Shown here: positions 57,114 to 64,000 of the stretch, in pieces
Numbering within the stretch: the stretch's first letter is position 1
Layout: every line of letters starts with the position of its first letter
NCBI GenBank assembly: GCA_045613315.1
Contig: JAZLAV010000008.1
Span: forward strand, 84,828-148,827
DNA length: 64,000 nucleotides
Reading direction: 5' to 3'
DNA from: Candidatus Enterousia sp.
GTDB lineage: Bacteria > Pseudomonadota > Alphaproteobacteria > Rs-D84
Made by a program: the position numbers and the translations under genes
Notes under the pieces: model-generated
Seen by the model: the letters and a program-made list of their open reading frames with translations, nothing else
Databases searched by the model: none
What the model was told of the DNA's origin: nothing

Positions 57114-58346
57114 ATGAAGAAACAATTATCTTTATTGGGTATGGCGGTTGCGTTGGCGGGTGTTTTGCCGGCTGGGGCCGCAACAAATTGGGGTACGCGT
57201 GCGGGTTCATCGGCGGATTTGTCTGGAATGCCGGCAACGCGGACACGTGAAAATGTGGACTATGCGAAATATCAAACACGCACCACCACAAGTACATACG
57301 AAGTTCGCGATGGCAAAAATTTGTATTATACACAACCTGCGAACCGCAGTGCGTTGTATAAACAATATGCGTCTGGAAATTCGGAACAAACCGTTCGCAC
57401 AACGCGTGCGGAAACGGTTCGCACTGAATTAAAACGCAAATATTATTTGGCACACCCGTTCTTTCAACCATTGGGGGGCAAATTCGGTTCGATAACTGAT
57501 TTCGGATATAATATGGGGTCGTATAATATCGCGCTGACCGAAGCAAATGGTTTTACGTTGGATGACCATAACGCAAAATGGGATATGAAACAATTTGCGA
57601 TTAAGGAAGATTTCAGTTATGGAATCACCGACCGTATTGCGGTTTTGGGTATGTTGCAATATGAAATTAACAAATATAAATTTGATTGGTCTGCGTCGCC
57701 GGATGATAAAATGGACGACAAAGCTTTGAATATGTTCGGATTGGGCGCACAATGGCGTTTCGTTGATAATTCAGATTGGATTGCAACCGCATCGGCATAT
57801 TTCCAACATCAAAAAGATATCGCGAACAACTATATCTTGGATTTAAAGGCGGGGTACAAGGTTTCCCGTTCGACAATCTATGGGTTGGCGCGTGGTTGGT
57901 TTGTTGACTTTGATGGAACCGCATATGGTAATGGGATTAAGGGCATAACCAAAGAAGATCATACAGAAGCAATCTTTATCGCATATGACGATGACGCGAA
58001 AAATGCATTTTATATTGAAGGTGGTTTGGGCGTGTTCAGCGTTCTGGACGAAGATTGGACATTAAATGTCGAAGGTCTCTTTGGGCATTACGATTGGCAT
58101 AACCAATTCAGTATCAAAGGTGCAATCGGTTGGCAACCAAACGATTGGTTCGCATTGAACCTTTATGCGAAAACAACATTGTATGATGATGCCGATGATA
58201 AACACTTGGGATTTTGGTGGTGGGGTGCCGAAGACACTTCGGTTACACCTTCGGTGTATCGCCAAGAATGGTTAAAGGCCGGTGATGCAAAAATCAGCAA
58301 ATATCGCGAAACAAGCATTGGGTTGCAGGCGATATTCCAATTCTAA
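57114..58346 (+). CDS. Putative outer-membrane beta-barrel protein
   Basis: Signal peptide ...LPAGAA. Alternating amphipathic strands. C-terminal aromatic signature ...GLQAIFQF. Confidence 0.6.
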   Translation: MKKQLSLLGMAVALAGVLPAGAATNWGTRAGSSADLSGMPATRTRENVDYAKYQTRTTTSTYEVRDGKNLYYTQPANRSALYKQYASGNSEQTVRTTRAETVRTELKRKYYLAHPFFQPLGGKFGSITDFGYNMGSYNIALTEANGFTLDDHNAKWDMKQFAIKEDFSYGITDRIAVLGMLQYEINKYKFDWSASPDDKMDDKALNMFGLGAQWRFVDNSDWIATASAYFQHQKDIANNYILDLKAGYKVSRSTIYGLARGWFVDFDGTAYGNGIKGITKEDHTEAIFIAYDDDAKNAFYIEGGLGVFSVLDEDWTLNVEGLFGHYDWHNQFSIKGAIGWQPNDWFALNLYAKTTLYDDADDKHLGFWWWGAEDTSVTPSVYRQEWLKAGDAKISKYRETSIGLQAIFQF

Positions 58347-58405
58347 CGCATAAATAACAATGTGCCCGACTGGATGTGTTCGGCCGGGCATAATATGGTG
58401 ATGTT

Positions 58406-59128
58406 ATGAAACGGTTTTTGGGAGTTTTTGTTGGGGCAATATTGTTGGCGATGCCAAATATGGCGCGTGCAGATTTTGGAATTGAATTCGATACATCGGA
58501 TCCGTTGTTTATATTGCGTGATGATGCAATATTGTCAAAAACCGATTTGTCGTACGGACATGATATTTTGCGTCTGACCCAGGAATTTGGATATGGTCTT
58601 AATGATCGATTGTCTGTGTCGGGGCGTGTGCATTATCAGATTGATTTTGTGGATGATGCGGACGGTTTTTCCAGTATTGATTTGGGCGGAACATATCGTA
58701 TGGCACGTGCGGGCGATAATAACGCACATATTATATCTGATGTAATTGCTGGATTTCGTTTCGGTGGGTCAAAACACGTGCGCACACCGTGGTTCGCAGA
58801 TTCGTCATACTATGCGGGGTTGCGATTTGGCCGGCAATGGGCGGGCGTATCGTTGGCCGCGACAATTAAATCAACGTGGATTTTTGATGACGAACGCGGG
58901 ATGAGTTATATCGATTTTATCCCCGAGGCATATTTTCGCATTGACCAAATGTGGCGTGCCGGTGGTGGATTTACATTTCGTAAATCGACAAATCCAGATT
59001 ATAACCAGGAATGGATGAATCTTAAGGGTGTATGCCAGTTCGGTCGTACGCAGTATATTGCACACATGGATTACGAATTTGAACACGACGAGGTCCAGGT
59101 CGGCGCCAGGGTTAATATTTTGTTTTAA
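58406..59128 (+). CDS. Putative outer-membrane beta-barrel protein, shorter paralogue of the preceding gene
   Basis: Signal peptide ...NMARA. It ends in ...RVNILF. It shares the block F(G/S)YG(L/I)(N/T)DR(L/I) with the upstream gene. Confidence 0.55.
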   Translation: MKRFLGVFVGAILLAMPNMARADFGIEFDTSDPLFILRDDAILSKTDLSYGHDILRLTQEFGYGLNDRLSVSGRVHYQIDFVDDADGFSSIDLGGTYRMARAGDNNAHIISDVIAGFRFGGSKHVRTPWFADSSYYAGLRFGRQWAGVSLAATIKSTWIFDDERGMSYIDFIPEAYFRIDQMWRAGGGFTFRKSTNPDYNQEWMNLKGVCQFGRTQYIAHMDYEFEHDEVQVGARVNILF

Positions 59129-59145
59129 TTTTGTGTGATATAAAT

Positions 59146-59173
59146 GAAAACCCGCCACAAATGGCGGGTTTTC
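59146..59173. terminator. Bidirectional intrinsic terminator
   Basis: AAAA, then CCCGCCA CAAA TGGCGGG, then TTTTC. Confidence 0.75.
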
Positions 59174-59181
59174 AATAACCA

Positions 59182-60459
59182 TTACTTTTTCCCAAGTTTT
59201 TCGCGCAACCTGTTCCAATAATCCAAACGCTTTTTTATTTCGCGTTCAAATCCGCGTTCAACGGGGGTATAAAATGTGTGTCTGCCCATGGATTCGGGAA
59301 AACAGTTTTGTCCGGAAAATCCGCTTTCGGTGTCGGGTTCATAAATGTATCCCGCGCCATATCCCATATTTTTCATCATGCGCGTCGGTGCATTTAAAAT
59401 ATTCTTGGGTGGTGGCAGGGAACCAAATTCGTTTGCCGTCGTGTATGCGGCGTGAATCGCCCGGTCCAAACGATTGCTTTTTGGGGCGGTGCCTAAATAC
59501 ACAACCAATTCGGCCAGGGCGATGTCGCCCTCGGGGCTGCCCATGCGTTCGTATGCGTTCCATGTTGCAATTGCCATTTGAATCGCGTTCGGGTCGGCCA
59601 GACCCACGTCTTCCATTGCAAATCGGGTGAGTCTGCGGAATATATACATCGGATCCTGGCCGCCCGTCATCATGCGGGCAACCCAATACAGTGCCGCATC
59701 GGTGTCCGATGCACGCAGTGATTTGTGCACCGCGGAAATTAAATTATAATGTTCATCGCCGGTTTTGTCGGACAATGGCGCGCGTTTCTGAATCGCGTTG
59801 TCCAATTCGTCTGGTGTCAGGTCGGATTTGAAATTCGCATTAAACAAATATTCCAATGTGTTAAGTAAAAATCGTGCGTCACCATCGGACATTTGGGCCA
59901 GGTGGGTGCGTGCCGCCGTATCAAGTGGTAATTTTTTACCCGTAAATTTTTCCGCGCGCGACATTAATTCCATTAAATCGTCGGTTCCGAGTGGTGTCAA
60001 CACGCCAACATGACAACGCGACAGCAACGCGTTATTTAAATTAAATGATGGGTTTTCCGTCGTCGCGCCGATGAATACAACCGTGCCGTCTTCTAAATAC
60101 GGCAATAATGTATCTTGCTGGGTTTTGTTAAAACGGTGGATTTCGTCAATGAACAGTAATGTTCCGCGACCAATCTGGTGACGCTGTTTGGCCGCTTCGA
60201 CCGCCTTTTTAATATCGGCAGTACCGGAAAATACAGCCGACATCGGAACAAAGTCCAAATCAACCGAATTTGCCAATGCTCGCGCAATTGTTGTTTTGCC
60301 ACATCCCGGGGGCCCCCATAAAATTAAATTAGATAATTTCTGGTTTTCAACCATACGGCGAACCAGGCCGTTTTCACCCAGTAAAGCGGTTTGCCCCAAT
60401 ACTTCGTCAATCGTATTTGGGCGCATTAAATCAGCCAATGGGCGCGTGTCGTTATTCAT
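59182..60459 (-). CDS. rarA: Replication-associated recombination protein A
   Basis: GPPGCGKTT and FIDEIHRFNK, plus the MgsA C-terminal domain. Confidence 0.93.
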   Translation of the reverse strand: MNNDTRPLADLMRPNTIDEVLGQTALLGENGLVRRMVENQKLSNLILWGPPGCGKTTIARALANSVDLDFVPMSAVFSGTADIKKAVEAAKQRHQIGRGTLLFIDEIHRFNKTQQDTLLPYLEDGTVVFIGATTENPSFNLNNALLSRCHVGVLTPLGTDDLMELMSRAEKFTGKKLPLDTAARTHLAQMSDGDARFLLNTLEYLFNANFKSDLTPDELDNAIQKRAPLSDKTGDEHYNLISAVHKSLRASDTDAALYWVARMMTGGQDPMYIFRRLTRFAMEDVGLADPNAIQMAIATWNAYERMGSPEGDIALAELVVYLGTAPKSNRLDRAIHAAYTTANEFGSLPPPKNILNAPTRMMKNMGYGAGYIYEPDTESGFSGQNCFPESMGRHTFYTPVERGFEREIKKRLDYWNRLREKLGKK

Positions 60460-60538
60460 TTATTTTTATTTTACTTTGATTTTATTTGGTCTTTATTTGT
60501 GATATAATAAGTGTAGTACATAAATATGGGGTTGGCAA

Positions 60539-60904
60539 ATGGTAAATAATAATAAAGACGCGGATGTCGCATTGGCGGTGGCAAACCTGGCGGTGGCGGC
60601 AATGGCGGCAAATCCAAAACTTACCATGGCTGCGGCAGTGGCCCAGGCGCGTACAACATTGCTGGGGGCGGCGGCAACCGAATCGGAAATTGCAAAGTCT
60701 GTTCGGCCGGACAAAATTCAGTGCCTGGAAGATGGCACGTGGCACATAATGTTGCGCCGATATATTAAACGAAAATTTAATTTGACCCCGGAACAGTATC
60801 GGGAAAAGTGGGGATTGCCACACGATTATCCATTTGTTGCGCCTAACTATGCGCGCACGCGTTCGAAAATCGCCAAGAAAAATGGGTTTGGATGTAAAAA
60901 ATAA
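60539..60904 (+). CDS. Ros/MucR-family DNA-binding protein lacking three of the four zinc ligands
   Basis: CLEDGTWHIMLRRYIKRKFNLTPEQYREKWGLPHDYPFVAPNYARTRSKIAKKNGFG. This compares with the canonical CLECGK..LKRHL..HH...YR.KW.LP.DYPMVAP.Y. Confidence 0.75.
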   Translation: MVNNNKDADVALAVANLAVAAMAANPKLTMAAAVAQARTTLLGAAATESEIAKSVRPDKIQCLEDGTWHIMLRRYIKRKFNLTPEQYREKWGLPHDYPFVAPNYARTRSKIAKKNGFGCKK

Positions 60905-60921
60905 TATATGGGGGAAATTAT

Positions 60922-62799
60922 ATGTCTGAAAAATTTCAAAAAATTGTCAATGCGCCACATCGTGCGGTCGGAAAATTGGGGCGGAAAATCAAGGGGACAA
61001 ACCCGCAAAATGCAGGTGCAAAAATTGCCCGGGGGACGGGTATCGGAATATCGGCCATGACCCAGTTTTTATTATGGCTGGCGAAGTATGTCACGTTGGA
61101 TAACCATATTACACGTGCCGGCGAAAAGTTGTTTTCAAAGATAAAGGTTGGAAAAAATAAAAATGGCACAGATAAAAAGTTATCAAAGTTTATAAAACGA
61201 AACCCAAATTTTACATCAATTGTTTCATGGTGGATGTTGTTGGGCAGTATAACCGGGGTCGGGTTTGGTATCAAAAATAAAGATAAAATCGTCGATGCAG
61301 TAAAAGATAAAATTGAAAATATCAAGGGGCGGTTTTTCCCAAACACGGACGAGGATGAAAATATGATTGCGCTGGACAAAATATATTCTACGGAATCGAC
61401 ATCCTTTAAAACTGATGTTGTAAATGAAAACTGGTCGGAAATAGTTGTTGGTTTGTTGGAGTTTGAAACATATCGTGGCGCTAATCCGATTAAACAACCA
61501 AAAGAGTCCAGATACACATATGGCCCCGGACTTACCTGGATATACGAGGACGGAACCCAAAAACCATGCATTGGAGAATATGTTGATAAAGTAAAAACTT
61601 TTTCTGATGCACAAATATGGGACCAGGTGCGACAACACTGTTTGTATGATACCGAAGTTTTGGGTGTGGCCCAGCGCGCATTAAAGGATAATGGTTTTCG
61701 CAATGTGACAAACCAACAAATATTGGGGTTGTTTTTTGCAGGGTACCAGACGCCGGCGTCGTTGGCCAATCCAATGGTTAATAAACTTGATAAAAAAGGA
61801 AATGTCATAAAGGGTAAAAACGGAAAACCGTTAAAAGAAAGAATACCCGGAATTATTCCGAAATTAAAGGCCGCCGGCAACGATACACAAAAAATCATTG
61901 ATGCGTTTATGGCGGGTCGGGATGTTAATGAATCCTGGCGAGAGGGAACAAATAAACGGCGTTGGTGGTGTGCAATGTACTATATTGGGAAAATAAGCGC
62001 GGTTGATTTTTTGTCAATGGATCGGGACGCGTTTTCGCGTCTGGAAATTAACACAATTATGAAAAACGGACATTTCGTTTATGACGATTCAACAATTGAA
62101 TATGCATTAAGTTGCAAAAATCCTCATACCAACAGTGTCCATGAATTTATTGCGTCACATTCTGTACTTAACGACATTGAACAAAATCTGGAGAATAAGG
62201 TAAGGCATAACGAACACAAGCAACAAGATAAAAATCCATCAGTGGAACAAATGCGATTGGGGTTGGCCGCATATGAGGCCAACGACTATGCCACGGCAAT
62301 CGCGCGTTATCAGGAATCTATTAATCTGGATGTTGATAATATGGAATCTTATACGGGCCTGGCGATGGCATATAAAAAGCAGGGCGATAAAACACATTCC
62401 ATTGATGACTATGAAAAATCGTTGGCTGTTGTGCGCGATTGTAACAAACGTATGAACGCAAATAAATCACTGCTTTATGATGCAGAAGTAAAGGCGATTA
62501 CGTATCATAATGCGGGCCTTGTACATGAAGAAATGGCGAAAATAGAAAGTAAAGCAGGCAATACCGCATCGGCAAACGATCATTATGCTATGGCAAAAAA
62601 GAACTTTGAGACCGCCCGAATTAATGCGGAACGGGCCGGCGTGGAAACGGCGGAATATGATTCTGCAATCAAACGCATAAACAAAACAATTGGTAAAAAT
62701 AAAAAAACAGCATTTGTTAATGCATCGGCGCGTGTGAAAAAATCAGACAAAAACACTGCAAATAAAATAATTTATGAAAACGGCGTAACCCGCGCCTAG
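60922..62799 (+). CDS. Membrane-associated protein with a GH24 lysozyme-like central region and C-terminal TPR repeats
   Basis: Hydrophobic segments lie near aa 45-60 and 100-115. LEFETYRGAN...YTYGPGLTW...TNQQILGLFFAGYQ resembles the E...TiGyG...Q.dAL.sf.fN pattern of phage-type lysozymes. The TPR-like region reads YATAIARYQESINLD...AMAYKKQGD. Confidence 0.45.
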   Translation: MSEKFQKIVNAPHRAVGKLGRKIKGTNPQNAGAKIARGTGIGISAMTQFLLWLAKYVTLDNHITRAGEKLFSKIKVGKNKNGTDKKLSKFIKRNPNFTSIVSWWMLLGSITGVGFGIKNKDKIVDAVKDKIENIKGRFFPNTDEDENMIALDKIYSTESTSFKTDVVNENWSEIVVGLLEFETYRGANPIKQPKESRYTYGPGLTWIYEDGTQKPCIGEYVDKVKTFSDAQIWDQVRQHCLYDTEVLGVAQRALKDNGFRNVTNQQILGLFFAGYQTPASLANPMVNKLDKKGNVIKGKNGKPLKERIPGIIPKLKAAGNDTQKIIDAFMAGRDVNESWREGTNKRRWWCAMYYIGKISAVDFLSMDRDAFSRLEINTIMKNGHFVYDDSTIEYALSCKNPHTNSVHEFIASHSVLNDIEQNLENKVRHNEHKQQDKNPSVEQMRLGLAAYEANDYATAIARYQESINLDVDNMESYTGLAMAYKKQGDKTHSIDDYEKSLAVVRDCNKRMNANKSLLYDAEVKAITYHNAGLVHEEMAKIESKAGNTASANDHYAMAKKNFETARINAERAGVETAEYDSAIKRINKTIGKNKKTAFVNASARVKKSDKNTANKIIYENGVTRA

Positions 62800-62824
62800 G
62801 TCTATATAGCAACGGGAGAGCATA

Positions 62825-64000
62825 ATGCAAGTTTATGTAAATTATAATGATAAACGTTGGAAAAAATATGCCATAGATTTCGAACGTATTGCATCGGTGG
62901 CTGGACCAAAACGTCACGGGGCCGAAGTGTCAATCACACTGACCAACGATTCAGAAATACACAAATTGAACCGGGAATATCGTAATATGGACAAACCAAC
63001 AAATGTTTTATCGTTTGAATTGGGGGATGATTTATTGTTGGGGGATATTTATATATCAATTGATACCGTAAAACGTGAAGCGGCGGCGGCGGGCATATCT
63101 GTGGCCGAACATACCGCGCATATGGTTGTTCATGGTATGTTGCACCTGCAGGGGTATGACCATATCAAAGATGACGAAGCGGAAATTATGGAATTGCGCG
63201 AGGTTGTATTACTTAACAAACTGGGGTATAAAAATCCGTACGCCGATGACGATAAAATTGTGTGCATCGATGGTTCGTGTTGTCCCGGTGGACGGACAAT
63301 TGGTTTTATAAAAAATTTGAAAATACGCGAAAACGGATTTTGGCAATTTGCGCTTTATGCATTGTTTGGTGGTGTTGCGGCATTTGGATTCGCGCCATTT
63401 CATTTGTGGTGGACAACCGTTTTTGGAATTGGTGGGGCGTATTGGTTAGCCGTACACCGAAAAAATGTTGGTGGCGTTTGGCGCGAAATGTTGCGCGTGG
63501 CACCGTTTGGTGCAATGTATTCAATTGCCATGTTTTGGTGGACACTGCATTCAATATATGTTGTACCGGAATTGGCAAAACAGTTTGCCATTTGGACCGT
63601 GCCGGCAATATTTGGCTTGGGAATTGCGGGGGCGTTAATATTTACAATTCCGTTCATGGCGGTGGCACGTGCGCATGGGGCGGGGCGGCCGTTTGTGTTT
63701 GCGGGGGTATGGACATTTGTGCTGTGGTTGCGTGAATGGGCGTTTACAGGATTCCCGTGGAATCCAATTGCAAATATTACAATGCCGTTACCGGTAATTG
63801 CTAATTCAATGTCGGTGTGGGGGGCATTGGGGTTAACATTTATGATTGTTGGTGGAATCGCCGCAGCCGTTGAATTGTTGCGAAATATAAAATCGTGGTG
63901 TAATTGGTTCGTGTTTTTATTTTTTGTTATAATTGCGCTATACGGCGGATTCTGTGGTATACGAAATATTCGCGTTGCGTCAATGGATGAGGGTAATGCC
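62825..64000 (+). CDS. In-frame YbeY (rRNA maturation RNase)-Lnt (apolipoprotein N-acyltransferase) fusion; 3' end lies beyond the window
   Basis: Not in the ORF track because there is no stop before 64000. My translation from the ATG at 62825 gives ...PTNVLSFE...HGMLHLQGYDH...GYKNPY. A 25-codon linker follows, then the Lnt N-terminus FWQFALYALFGGVAAFGFAPF...WLREWAFTGFPWNPIANI. There is no stop codon anywhere. Confidence 0.8.
   Translation, partial: MQVYVNYNDKRWKKYAIDFERIASVAGPKRHGAEVSITLTNDSEIHKLNREYRNMDKPTNVLSFELGDDLLLGDIYISIDTVKREAAAAGISVAEHTAHMVVHGMLHLQGYDHIKDDEAEIMELREVVLLNKLGYKNPYADDDKIVCIDGSCCPGGRTIGFIKNLKIRENGFWQFALYALFGGVAAFGFAPFHLWWTTVFGIGGAYWLAVHRKNVGGVWREMLRVAPFGAMYSIAMFWWTLHSIYVVPELAKQFAIWTVPAIFGLGIAGALIFTIPFMAVARAHGAGRPFVFAGVWTFVLWLREWAFTGFPWNPIANITMPLPVIANSMSVWGALGLTFMIVGGIAAAVELLRNIKSWCNWFVFLFFVIIALYGGFCGIRNIRVASMDEGNA

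Noticed and set aside
60936-61898. 320-aa minus-strand ORF
   Set aside because: It is antisense to the lysozyme-like/TPR gene. It has no SD and a low-complexity Phe/Ile/Pro-rich sequence. The sense frame has the better start context and recognisable motifs.
1-64000. Searched for CRISPR arrays, rRNA, tmRNA, RNase P, SRP RNA, IS elements, prophage modules, toxin-antitoxin pairs and known defence genes
   Set aside because: I found no regularly spaced direct repeats and no conserved ncRNA signature motifs (for example GGAAGCAGCC of SRP RNA, or GAGGAAAGTCC of RNase P). No transposase, integrase or nuclease-NTPase defence-type ORFs were recognised by eye. Absence should be confirmed with Infernal/Rfam, ISEScan and DefenseFinder.

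Overview
This 64-kb chromosomal segment is almost certainly from an alphaproteobacterium. The evidence is a Ros/MucR-type regulator, an AddB-type nuclease, a DUF721/DciA-like protein, a two-gene lolCD, and a zinc-ribbon plus J-domain protein. G+C looks to be in the mid-40s % by eye, and the standard genetic code applies. The window holds about 60 tightly packed protein genes, mostly housekeeping: aspS, uvrB, tsaE, ftsQ, lolCD, xthA, addB, engB, rsmI, mnmE, ruvA, yebC, ruvC, mltA, secB, recA, typA, serS, trxB, xerD, greA, mutL, yajC-secDF, ftsK and rarA. It also has 3 tRNAs (Thr-GGU, Gly-UCC, Tyr-GUA). I saw no rRNA, no CRISPR array, and no transposase or phage integrase.

Accessory or unusual content:
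- (1) A tight same-strand cluster at 11.0-16.0 kb. A secretin-like lipoprotein is translationally coupled to lolC-lolD and followed by two exported proteins that share Cys-bounded helical repeats.
- (2) Two in-frame fusions of normally separate genes: an FtsA-like ATPase with ribulose-phosphate 3-epimerase, and YbeY with Lnt (open at the window end and absent from the ORF track).
- (3) Two relic copies of gene 3' ends (ruvC, serS). They lie just downstream of the intact genes and differ from them almost only at synonymous sites.
- (4) Three copies of a modular hairpin-cassette repeat, with compensatory stem changes between copies.
- (5) A structured leader ending in a terminator, upstream of an AT-rich Imm-like small membrane protein.
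- (6) A six-gene glycosyltransferase islet between recA and typA.
- (7) Recurrent C-poor, TAG-rich tracts that begin at stop codons.

All family assignments come from reading motifs by eye; no searches were run.
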